A stretch of DNA of 64,000 nt, taken from the NCBI RefSeq assembly GCF_032191835.1, contig NC_083223.1, forward strand, positions 123,752,001 through 123,816,000, in the 5' to 3' direction. Both the position numbers and the translations under genes were made by a program. Below the pieces are notes generated by a model. It saw only the letters and a program-made list of their open reading frames with translations. It ran no database searches and was not told the DNA's origin. The stretch comes from Heteronotia binoei. Lineage: Eukaryota. Shown one piece after another: positions 39,065-50,900 of this stretch; positions within the stretch are counted from its first letter, which is position 1, and every line of letters starts with the position of its first letter.

Positions 39065-42000
39065 TAAGCTCGTGCTCGGGGTTTGTCTGGGTGCAGTAGG
39101 TAAAATCTTTTTAGAAGAAGAGGTGCCCTTAGATCGGTTGACTTAACCCACTCATCGCACGAGGGGGGAAAATATTTCCATCGGACTAAAAAATGCAATA
39201 TTCCTCACTTGAGCTCAGCATCCAGTATTTCTTGCACTTCATGATGACTCTGACCCCTCACTTGAATAGGGGTGGGCGTCGTAGGGCGTGGATGCCAAGA
39301 CAGCTCCAGGATGGAAAACCGGGTGAATTTTACTAAACATTTTAGGTAGCTCTAATTCAACAGTCACTGCATTTATTATTCTCTTTATTTTGAACGGTCC
39401 CAAATATTTGTATGCTAGCTTTCTGGACGACTGTGGCAAAGGTAGATTCTTAGCTGAGAGGAACACAGTATCCCCCACTCTAAAGTCCCATTTGGGTGAG
39501 TGTTTTTTGTCAAATTGTGCCTTGTAATCCTTTTTGGCTGCTTCCAGGTTTTCTTGAATTATTTCCCACCCTTTGGCTAGCGATTCCCACCATTGTTGAC
39601 ACGATGTGGGGGAACTGGTGGTGTTGGTGACTGGTAAATTGGGGAAGGGTTTCCCTTCATATCCATTCACAATTTGAAAGGGAGTGGTTTTTGTCGAGCT
39701 ATGCAGGCTATTGTTGTAGCCATATTCTGCAAATGGCAATAGCTCCACCCACTTGTCTTGTTGGTAGTTAATAAAGCACCTGAGATATTGCTCGAGAAGA
39801 GAGTTCACACGTTCCGTCTGTCCATCCGTTGGGGGTGGTAGGCGGAACTCAGTCCCTGCTCAATCCCTGTTAATTTACAAAACTACCGCCAGAAGTTGGC
39901 AACGAACTGTGGGCCGCGGTCACTAATGACCTTGTCCGGGAATGAGTGTAGTTTCACTATGTGTTGAAAAAATAGCCGCGCTAGTTTCTTAGCAGTGGGG
40001 AGTTGCTTGCACGGTATGAAGTGGGCTTGTTTTGAGAATGTGTCAACCACCACTAGGATCACTGTCTGTCCCTGTGATATGGGTAGTTCGACTATAAAGT
40101 CCATAGACACCACCAACCACGGTCGTTCTGCTGTGGGAGTGGGACGAAGTAAACCGGGTGTTTTCCCTCCCCTCCTTTTGACCATTATGCAAGCTGGACA
40201 AGACGTCACAAATTCTGAAATATCCCTTTTTCATTTGGGGCCACCAGAACTGTCTGCTCACCAGATGTAGCATTTTTACATAGCCGAAATGCCCGGCTAA
40301 TTTGCTGCTATGGCAGTGCTGCAGTACTTCCTGGCAGAGGCTTTTGGGGACGTACAGTTTCCCTTCCCGATACCAAAATCCTCCTTTATTAGTCCTTCCG
40401 GCCTCTCCTCCCCTTCTTGCTCTGCTTCTGTGATTAGTTTATCCCCCCTCCCCACGGCTCTGGTTTCCCGGTCTTTTTTCCTGACAGAGTGGTCACACCT
40501 CCTGTGACATTGGAAGGCGGGATGAGAGAGTCTATGGTCTCCTCCTGTTGGCTTTCGTGTTGCGGCAACCGAGAGAGGGCGTTGGCTAAAAAGTTTTTCG
40601 AGCCTGGTATGTGTCGTAACGTGAAATCAAATTTGGCGAAAAACCCCGCCCACCTGATTTGTTTGGCGGTTAATTTTCAGCATGCGATAAGTGCCTCTAG
40701 GTTTTTGTGATCTGTCCATATTTCAAATGGTACCCTAGCCCCTTCCAGCCAGGACCGCCAGGTCTTTAGGGCAAATGTTACTGTGAATGCTTCTTTGTCC
40801 CAGACTGACCAATTACATTGTTCATTGGAAAATTTCTTGGATATATAGGTGCAGGGTTTTAATCTGCCTTCAGGGTCCTTTTGCATCAGTATTGCTCCAA
40901 CGGCTACATCGGAGGCATCACATTGCACCACGAAGGGTTTCAGTTCATTGGGGTGCGCTAAGATTGGCTCACTGGTAAACAGTTGTTTTAATTTTTCAAA
41001 CGCTTTCTGACATTAGGGGGACCATGCTAGTTTTGAACTTGTTTTTTTCGCCTCGAGTCCCCGCTCCTTAGTCTTTAACAAGTCTGTTAGCGGTAACATC
41101 ACTTTAGCAAACCCTTCTATGAACCCACGGTAAAAATTTGCAAATCCGATGAAAGATTGGAGCTATCTACGTGTTCTCGGGGTTCCCAGTCCAATACTGC
41201 TTGGATTTTTACTGTGTCCATGGCTAAGCCTTTTCCTGACACCCTGAAACCCAAGTAGTCTAGTTCCTTCTGGTGAAATTCACATTTTGATAACTTAGCA
41301 TAGAGTTTGTGCTCTAGTAGGGTGTTGAGTACTTTCCTCACCAACTTTATGTGGGAAGGGAAGATCCCTCGAATAGATAATGATGTCATCCAGGTACACC
41401 ACCACCCCTTTGTACAGGTACTCTCTTAGTACGTTAATGAAATTCATAAACACTCCCGGGGCCCCTTGTAGCCCAAACGGCATCACTAAGTACTCGAATT
41501 GTCCCAAGGGGGTGTTGAACACTGTTTTCCATTCGTCTTCTTCCTTAATTTTGATGCGGAAGTAAGCGTCCCTCAGATCTAGTTTCGTAAAGATGCACCC
41601 CTCTGATACTGTGCTTAACAAGTCTTTGATCAAGGGGATGGGGTAGGCGTTTGACATGGATATGGAATTTATCCCGCGAAAATCTGTGTAAAGTCTAAGC
41701 CCCCAATCCTTCTTCTTTCTGAATAGTACTGGGGCCGCGTGCGGTGCCGTGGTTGGCCGGATGAACCCCCCGGTTTAAGTTTTTGTCCAAGAATTTCCTC
41801 AGTTCAGCTTTCTCTGCCCATCCCATTGAATACAGTTTCGCTTTGGGTAACTCTTGCCCCGGGATGAGCTCCATGGCACAGTCTGTGCTTCTGTGTGGGG
41901 GAAGTTCGTCCGCCTCCTTTTCGCTAAACACTTTACGTAAGTCTCGGTACTCTTGTGGGATGGACCGTACTTCTTCTATGGTTAAGCACAGTCTCTCATT

Positions 42001-42429
42001 CTGAGGGGGAGGTGAGGGGCCCCATTTTACTGACCAGTGGTGGTGGGTGCATTTTTTGCTGTCAAAGTCTGTCATGGTTTGTTAGGCCCACTGATGCCTC
42101 GCCAGCCACCCTACCCCCACTACTATGTCGAAGGATGAGGAGAGGGCAATTACAAACACTTCCATGTCCCAGTGCTCTTTAATCCCTACTGGGAAGAATT
42201 GGGTTTCTTCTACGCACGGTTCCCCCCTCATTACTGTCCCATCCATCTGCTTGAATTGTAGCGGGTGGGGTAGGGGCGTCCTGGCTAACCCTAGTGCTTC
42301 GACTAACCTCGGGGTGATGATCTCTCTAGTACACCCGGAGTCGATTAGCGCCCGGGTGTGCATAAAACGCTTGGAATTGGGATTTAATAAAGTCCAAGGG
42401 ACTAAAAATAGTTCTCCGGATACTCTCAC
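39065..42429 (-). pseudogene. Gypsy copy 2 pol (PR-RT-RH-IN-chromodomain), frameshifted
   Basis: LIDSG, YLDD, CDASD, SMDFI...SDRG integrase core, GPF motif; terminal EVQEILDA...FLVRWK...DEWV...HPDKP chromodomain with an internal TGA. Confidence 0.92.
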
Positions 42430-42473
42430 CCGCAGTGGTGCCGGTGTGGCATCGACCTGCCTTTCGGCACCGC

Positions 42474-43928
42474 TTAGGGCAGGTCGTGCTCGTTTCCCGA
42501 CGGCTCTGTCTCATCTCCTGACTCGTTCTCCCTGGTAAAATCCTCGTCAAGCACCGGCAACAGTGCGGTGTTGCCCCGACTGGGCTCCTTTGGTCTCCTC
42601 AGTGTCTTCTTCGCCTTGGGACCCACTGCCTTCGGTGCAGAGTGGGGGGGGGGGCTCGAGGTTTCTCGGGACATTCCTCGACTAGGTGCCTCGGGTCGCC
42701 ACATCGATAGCATCTGCGAGTGGTGGATCACTTTGCGGAGCTGCTCGGGGGGGGGGGTAGGTTTTTTGGACTCAGTCTTTGCCCCTGACTGAGCCTCACG
42801 TCCCCCTCTGCTCCCCTCTCGCTGTCACTGCAAGGCCACCCGATCCATGTTGGTTTCCACTTCTCCCGCTAGTTGCACCCAACCCACCAGCGTGTTTGGC
42901 CGTGCCTGGTGGAGGGCCTGATCCAGGAGGGCGGATTTGAGGCCACTCTGGTAGGCTTCAATCTTCATCACTTCATTCCATCCTCTCACCTAGGCACAGT
43001 GGGTCTGGAATTCCGCAGTGTACTCTCTCACCGAGTGGGTTCCTTGCTTCAGGTCTTTCAGCGCGTTGAGGGCCTGAGCCTCTCGGAGGGGATCCTCGTA
43101 TTGGCGCAGCATGGCTTGCAAGAAGGCATGCACACTCCCCAGTTCCGGGCCTCTCAATTTGTATAAACTCACGTACCATCTCCGGGCCGCTCCCGTGAGT
43201 TTCGATCCTAGATAATCCACCCGGCTTGGTTCATCTGGGAAGGAGTTCCCCCAGTAGTGCATACAGCTGGTTGCCTGGATGGTGGAATATTCTACTTCTT
43301 CTGGGTCCTTCTCGAATTTGAGATTGAGTTCAGTTCACGAGGTTTTCCTGTTTCTCGAGGTGCTGTACCTCCCAGAGGTGGTACGGGTGGTGTCGGGGCT
43401 CCTCTACTGCCACCTCCGCTTGGATTCGGCAGTGGTGGTGGTGCAGGCGGCCCCGATCCCCGAGGTTGCCGGCGTTCCTTCTCCCATAGGGACTGCATGC
43501 GGTCGATCTGCTTCCCTACTTCCCGGGCGATTGCCTGGGTGTTGCTGTGGATCTCGCTTTGGAGGTCCCTCACCAGCCCCTTCATCTGGGTCTTCACTTT
43601 CCCCAAGATTTTTTCTTCCAAGCGGGTGGCTTCATCTTCTTTCCCCGGCCCCGTCGTCCTCCGAGTCGAGCAGGCTCATGCGGGACGTGTCGATTTCTTC
43701 TCCTGGTTCTCCCGTCGTGGGCCATGTGAGGAGGGTCTCGTGTCGGGCTGGGGCTGCATCCATCAGTGCAGTGGAGGCCCTCGGCTTCCACTGCTGCGGG
43801 CTGATGAATAGGGTTTGGATGTAGGATGGGGATTCGATTTCCGCGGCACGCCTATGTCCAAGGACGTGCCAGGGGGGAGTTTTCGGTTCCCCTGGAGGTT
43901 CTCCGTTATCCGGAACTTTTTCAGCCAT
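42474..43928 (-). pseudogene. Gypsy copy 2 gag, frameshifted
   Basis: YWGNSFPDEPSRVDYLGSKLTGAARRWY; CYRCGDPRHLVEEC knuckle. Confidence 0.88.
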
Positions 43929-45389
43929 TCGACTTCAACGTGGCTGGTTCAGATAAATCTCTTTTTAAAGATTAGTCTCAAAATGTCAGGCGATGGAGAC
44001 TGAAGGCAGTATTCATTGAGACAATGTAATACTTCATTGGAAACTCATAGCTGGAAACAAAAGTTGAGACTAATACCTAGTAATGGGTGTTACAGAGCCT
44101 GACACCCCCCTTAAAGCCAAGGAAAAACGGTGATTCCCCTCTCCTGCACTGGCTGAACTTGGCCAGTGCTGCACAGGGAAACTGACAAGTGTTTTTCCTT
44201 GGCTTTAAGCGGTAGGAGGAGCCCCCACCCCTTAAAGCCAAAGAAAACCAGCAATTACCCTCTCCTGCACTGGTTGAACTCAGCAGTGCTGCAGAGGGAA
44301 ACTGACAAGTGTTTTTCCTTGGCCTTAAGGGGTGGGGGGAGTCCCCCCCACCCTTTAAAGCCAAGGAAAAATGGTGATTCCTCTTTCTAGCGCTGGTGGT
44401 AGAACCTGCTTTTTGCATTTCTGCCTGAATACTACAGTGCTAGACCAGAAATATTGAAACTCATAGCTTCATGTTCAATAGACTCTATTTAATTAAAAAA
44501 GAAAACTGTGGATTGACCAGCTGGTTCTATCCTTGATATGACTATGAAAGTGTCAAAAAGGTTAGGGAGGCTTCAAAGGAATTAGGATAAATGGTCAGCC
44601 TTGACAACATCAAATTCCAAAATGCAGTTAGTTCCAAACTGATCAGGTACAGAAATTTAAAAATCTGCTAACTGCAGTAATTTGGGAATACTTGCTTTCA
44701 GCAACAAGGACCATGTAGTAAGTACAATTCCTATACAAGGTACACAAACCACATAGGCTAATCTGTTATCAGAAGGCTGGGATCTGGGTACAGGCAGGAA
44801 GAAGAATAAGGAGATGGTAAGGCAAACCACCCCGTAAAAGGTCAGCTGTGAAAATGTCATGATGCGATGTCACCCCAGAGTTGGAAATGACTGGTGCTTG
44901 TACAGGGGACTATCTTTACCTTTTTAAGTTCAGAGAGAGACATATGTAAGGGGAGAGGAGAAAGAACTTTGGGGCCACTCAACTGTCACTGTTGTCCTAC
45001 ATTCCCAAGTACAGTAGTACTCAAAGTTCCATTTTAATGGTGCTCTTTCCTTTACCCCACCCCAAACTTTTTGTACCTTTCCTCTCTCCTGCTATCCAAA
45101 TTCCTGCCTGTAACTTTCTGATTTTAGCAGAAATTGAGGGAAAGTGAATTGTTCAAGGTCTGAAGGCATGTTTGACAGAAAATTCAACACAAACATTTTA
45201 GTTGTTAATTTTCTTAATAAAATTGGGAACCACAGTTGTAAGACCAATAAGCCTCTAGGTTGTCCAGTAAAAAACAAAAGGGATCTTTTGCCATAAACAG
45301 TGTTGGAAGAGAATGGTTTGGCAAAAGTTTTGCTAATTATATTATTCTGGAACTCTGTTCTGGAATTCAGAATATAGCAAATGGTATAT

Positions 45390-45500
45390 GCAGGGCATTT
45401 TTTGTAGAAATAGCCCAGCAGGAACTCATTTGCATATTAGGCCACACCCCTGATACAAAGTCAGTTGGAACTGTGTTCCAGTGCATTTCTGCTAAAAAAA
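45390..45500. mobile_element. Short MITE fragment
   Basis: caggaactcatttgcatattaggccacacccc; related copy at about 53930-54000. Confidence 0.5.
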
Positions 45501-46103
45501 GCCCGGATGTAAGACATGTTTATATCATCGAAATATGCCCTTGCCCTCCATACTCAGCATCTTTATATCTGATTTTAGTCAGGAAGGGCATCCAGTCACA
45601 TATGTGCAAGCTTCAATGTTTTATTTTAGAAATACAGTGCTGACAAATAAAGGAGGATCCTGGAATACAAGTAGAAATCAGTGGTGGGAAGGCAAGGGTC
45701 TAATCTAATGAGAGGGAAGATGTGTACAGTAAAACAAAGAGCTCCATTAGATCTGACTAGAGAACCATTTAATCCAGCATCCTATATTGTGCAGTGGTTG
45801 CAAATAGGGCATAGCGGTCAGAGCATTTTCCTGATGTTGCATCCTAGAAGGTATCCAGATGTTTACTGCTTCTGAAGATTCCCTTTGGTCACTATGGGCA
45901 GTTGCCACTGATAGCTCTGTCTTCTGCATCTAATTCCCTTTTGAAGCTAGCTGTGCTCATACTGGTGGGGTGAAGGTGTTGCCTAGGAACTGGGAAATCT
46001 CCTTTTCTGGATGAGATTGCAGTCTGCCAAAGAAACAGGTTCATAGTTTGTGGGTGCTTCTGGACCCAGGCCTTTGTTGGATGAACAGGTAAGGCAGTAT
46101 TGG

Positions 46104-46900
46104 CCAGGGGCTACTTTCACCATCTTCCCAGGTCTGGCACTAAGGTTTCTCATGCCCCATGCTGCTTCCTTTGCTGGCGCCCCGTTATGTTTTTTGGCTT
46201 GATGATGTTATCATGATGTCATTGCCTGCACACACAAAGCGCAAACACTCAACCCCCAAGCTTTTTTTTCCTCAATGAAGAGGGAGAGGGATGGGCAATG
46301 GATGGGCCTCCCCCCCAGCACTCCAAAGTTGCTGAAAGTCACTCCTGAGCCCCATTCAGAGGGGTGGATGCCAGAGGCCAGCCCCCCCCCCCCCAAGAGT
46401 GGTGGAAAGTCCTGCTCTTGCCATTGCCCAGCAAAGTCGAGCAGTGTTCAGGAGCAATGGATGCCAGAGCCCTGGAGGCTGCTTCTCTCCCCCTCAAGAA
46501 CAGCCAAAAGTCTTGCTGCTGTCCACCATGACACCATCATGCTGGGCACTCAGCCCACTCTTTCAGCTCTGAGGGATTGGGGCAAACTCTTCCTATCCCT
46601 CAAAGCCGAAGGAACACTCAGCCTTTCCCTTCCCCTGCGCCCTCAGAGGACGTGAGGGGAGGGAAACGCGGTTCTTTCGGCTTTGAGGGAATGGAGGAAA
46701 ATCCTCTGATCCCTCAAAGCCGAAGGAACGACGTGTGCTTTCAGTCCTGGGTGCTTGCCCACGACTGAAAGAGCCATTGTTTCTGGGTGCTGAGGGGCTG
46801 GAAGAGTTCCTCTGACCACTCAGCACCCAGAAACAACGCCCTTCACAGGAGCCGGCGCCCCAGGCAATTGCCAAATATTGCCTAATGGACGCGCCTGCTC
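46104..46900. mobile_element. MITE-like element containing hairpin units
   Basis: ttctttcggctttgaggga / tccctcaaagccgaaggaa pairs; perfect 18-bp stem 46777-46794 / 46819-46836. Confidence 0.5.
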
Positions 46901-46919
46901 TTCATCTTCCATTGGTGAT

Positions 46920-47340
46920 CTAGCTGTAGCCCTTCCTGAGTAGGAAGGATCTTGCCACTGTGATACATGCCCTGGCAATATCAAGATTATGTTACTGCAA
47001 TGTGCTCTATGTGGGGTTGCCCTTTAAGACTGTCTGGAAGCTACGGTTGGTCCAGAATGCTGCAGCCAGAACACTGACTGGAGTAGGTCCTAGGGGCCAT
47101 ATCATCCCATTCTTATTTCATCTACACTGGCTTCCAATTTGCTTCTGAGTTCAATTCAAGATGTTAACATTGTACTTTAAAGCCCCATATGACTTGGGGT
47201 CAACATACCTGAAGGACCAACTACTTCCATATGATGCTACCTGACCACTTCAGTCATGTTCATAAGCCCTGGTTTGGGTGCCTCCACCATCTGAGGGGTG
47301 GAAATTGTTGGTCTTGGGTACTGAAGCTTTGGAACCTCCC
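46920..47340 (+). mobile_element. L2 LINE RT C-terminal fragment
   Basis: IHALAISRLCYCN...LVQNAAAR...LHWLP. Confidence 0.88.
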
Positions 47341-47973
47341 TAGGGATTGCCTGACTGATTCCTCACTGGCAGTTGCTCCGCCCCTGGACTTCTGTTTGAA
47401 CTGGCTCAAGCAATCAATTCCCCATCAAGCAATCTATCTCCCATTCCGCTCACAGCGACTGGATCTCCAAAACACTAGGTCTGCTTGCTTTCTAGGGATA
47501 TGGGAGGTAGCCGTGGATCAAAAGGTGCCCACGGAGCAACTGGTGAGGAATTGATCGTTTGAGCTGTCTCAAGTGGAAGCCTGGGGAAGAGCAACTGATG
47601 GTGAGGAATCAGTCTCTGTCTCCCTTTATCATTGTCTTCCACTTGTGTGTGAAGATTTTTGTTCTGGAACTTTGGAGTAGATTCAGTAGTAGTTAGTTTT
47701 GACAAACCTGCAGCTGGATTCATGGAGGTGAGGCAAAATCAATTCACTGCTTCAGCTAAGACTGCTACTGTTGTCCTGGAGATTGCACTCAGCAAATTAA
47801 TGTAGGCAATAGCCTCTCCTCATCCATCAGCACCATTCAAAGAACTCAAAAGCAGAGATGGTAGTGACAGACTCAGGAATTCATTGTGGTATTACATCTC
47901 TACCACCAATTAAATGTTTATGGGGAAGATAAGGTATCAAGTGTGGGCTTCCTGTCTCACTTTGCCATTACAG

Positions 47974-50900
47974 AACTTTGACAACAATCCAAACAGGTCT
48001 TGCAGAGGGGATGTTCTCAAAACTATTCAGAAGTAGGTAAATTGACTTCTTTTTAAAGAGGTGCTATTTTCCTACTTCCTCTTGGCCTCGGCTTCTCTTC
48101 CAGTAACAGTGCCACCTTCTTGTGTACTGTGCACATCAACAGGATTACAGAAATTATTGATAACTCATAAAATATAGGCTAGAGTAACTTCCAGTATTTC
48201 CTTTTAATACAACTCAAGTACTGTATGTTTATTCATGGGAAAAAAACTTCATTATTTTAATTTTTGTTTGTGCTCACACCTGGAAGTCATGGTTGACTTC
48301 TTGCAACCCCTAGTGCGGCCTGGATGTTCAGAGAGGTGGTCTGCTGTTGCCTGCCTCTGTATACTAGCGCTGGTATTCTTTGGAGGTCTCCCATTCAAGT
48401 ACTTGCCAGGGTAGAGTCTGGTTAGCTTTCAAAATCTGACAAGATCGGGCTTGCCTGGGCTACCCAGGTCAGGGCCAAACATCTTCCTTCTTTTAATTAG
48501 TTGTTCAAATAGACTTTTCATTTTAACTCGTTCATTTAACATCTATCTTTTAAATGTCTATTAATATGACATGTGCACACACAGAAAGGAATTTACAGAA
48601 ACTCATTGAAATGGTGTTGAAGTAGACTTTTGTATTAATATTTTTATAACAGCTTTTTTCATTTCATTTCTTTTAATGTCTAGCAGGCAATCATTTATAG
48701 AGTAATTTGAAAATATACAATAGGCTAGACCTAGTTTAAAGGTGATGGGAGACAAATTAATAATCAAAACAAATGTTTCCCATGCATGCATCTGGTGTTG
48801 TGTTCAGTATAGGTTGTTAACATCTATATATATGTAATGGTTCAGAGCTTTCTGCCCAGACATCCCAGCCAGATCTGCTCACCTGCCTGCAGCCCTGTAA
48901 GGTGGTGGGAGCAAAAAGGTGCCTCTAGCCCTCTCCACCTTCCATTAGGTGAAGAATTGGAACTCAGTTCTGGTAGCTTGCCACCATCTCTGACTTCTTT
49001 AATTTGCCCCATGCACCTGGTGCTGTCCAGAGGGGAATCTTCAAGTAGCACTGGCACCTTGTCTTGGCTGTGAGTAAGGAATTGTGCAAGGCTCCTAGTT
49101 AAACAGCTTTATTACTACAAGGCACAGGCTTTTAAAGTAACTACAAGACAGTGCCAGGGGTTTTTTTTTATACTGTCACAGCTGATTTATGGTGATCCCT
49201 AGGGTTTTCAAAGCAAGAGATGTTCAGAGGTGATTTGCCATTGCCTGACTCTGTGTAGTGTCCTGGTATTCCTTGTTGGTCACCCATCCAAATATTGACC
49301 AGAGCTGACTCTGCTTAGCTTCTGAGATCTGATTGAACTAGGCCTGAATATTTGGACATGAAAGAAAGGTTACTGGCTAAGATTATGTTACAGCACTGAA
49401 CATCTGGTCCAGCTTTGGCAGGATGTTGGCTGCTGTGTAGAGTGCACCTGCCTGGCTGCACCTGCAAACAGCAAGCAACACTTCTTCCTCAGTCTTGTTA
49501 ATCTCTTCATCTGCCCAACTCTGCCTAACTTTTACACAAGGGGACAGCTCCCTTTTTAGACGCACTCCCGTGTGGGATCATAGGGCATTAGCTAATCTGA
49601 GTGCCAGGTCCTGGGGCTCAAGCCTCCAGAATGTGGTCCCTAATAATGAGATTGCATGTTTTACCTTTGAGTTCTAAAAACTCTCTCTGTTTGGTGGAAT
49701 GGATTGGTTCTCAGGCTGTGGTGGTCTTTGGGGCTCCAGTCCTAAAGTCCATTACCATAACTGTCATGGAATGTTCCCCATCTGCCCCTCATCCAAAACA
49801 ACATGCAACATTTGTATAATAGAGATCCACATTCTGGTGGTATGCCTATCCTGTACATGTGGACACCGACAACCCAATGTAAACTTTGTAGTGAGTAAGG
49901 ATAATTTTTCTACAACATGCCTACTGCTATATTTATACCAGACTTATCTGTCTTATCTACAAGCATACTATGAAATACACTAAACACATTATTTCTATAA
50001 CCAAAGATGGAGGGGACCTTGAATAAGTCCTGCTGCAAAAGGTAATCATGAAACTTTTTCATAGGATAGGTCATGCTTGTTCCCATTATATGATTGGGTA
50101 GTAATTATATGATTAGGTAGCAATGTTTATATTGCTAGCTACTAGAGGTATGGTCCATGTCTGGATGGAAGACCTCTTGAGAATACTATGAAAGATGCCT
50201 TGAGTTCTATTATGTAAGAAAATTTAATAAATAAATAAACAGATTATTATAATTCTGATTTTACTTGCAATGGTCTGAAGGTACTTCTAGTTCCTCCTCC
50301 TCCCCCTCCCTCCCTTCCAAACACTTATATTAATTTGAATCAGCCTTCAGAGATCTGCAGTGCAATCCCAAGCAGAGTTACACACTTACAAAATCAGTGG
50401 ACCAAGAAGGGTATAACTTGGTTTAGGATTGTACTGTTATTTATTTGCACTGTGTTGTAAAACTGAGAAGGATTCACTGTCTTTGATCATGCAAAAATAT
50501 ATATTTGTCAATGAGATCTTGAGGCCAGAGATGTTGTTTGTCTGTTTCACAGGAAAACAATGCTATTACTTATTTTTAGAACATGTGTCACATTTTTTCT
50601 TTTAAGCAGCAGTAGTCTTTCACAAGCTATCACCTATTTTGTTGCTTTTTAAAAAGTGTCTTAAAGGTTTTCCCAAGCTCCATAACTGTCTTGATGCTCT
50701 AGTGAATTTTCATGGTCAGCTATTGGTAAATGTTTCCACTCTATAAAGCTTTCCTTGAAATGTGCATTGGTACCTTTCTTCCTGCTTTTTTCTTGAGAGA
50801 GGAAAAAAGGCATCAATGTTTGTTGTATCACTACATATAATCTTGACAGATTATGTGTACTTTATTTTCTTTAGGAGTAAGTGTTTATGCCATTTTGTCC

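Larger units (their letters stand above)
38624..44104 (-). mobile_element. Gypsy/Ty3 chromovirus (Tf1/sushi group), copy 2, near full length
   Basis: 3' LTR 38624-39052; internally deleted 5' LTR 43984-44104; PPT AGGGGGGGCAGTA; C-run TSD. Confidence 0.95.
36809..44390. repeat. Tandem array of five ~120-bp palindromic units in a MITE-like element, split by two LTR insertions
   Basis: Units at about 36962-37110, 38440-38623 and 44105-44390, each with ttccttggctttaag...cttaaagccaaggaa. Confidence 0.85.

Noticed and set aside
31029-43824. Long plus-strand ORFs antisense to the gag genes (e.g. 31029-31745, 31574-32359, 43257-43811)
   Set aside because: Expected shadows of GC-rich coding sequence; not conserved as one frame between the two copies
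28370-44104. A domesticated PEG10/RTL-like gene
   Set aside because: Both copies keep LTRs and TSDs and carry multiple frameshifts or stops, so they are decaying transposons
36962-44390. CRISPR-like repeat-spacer array
   Set aside because: Vertebrate context, no cas genes; the variable parts are low-complexity G/C runs within ~120-bp tandem units
47496-47545. Collagen-like GSRGSKGAHGATG exon
   Set aside because: Gly-X-Y register breaks, splice phases do not fit, and it overlaps the inverted motif cluster
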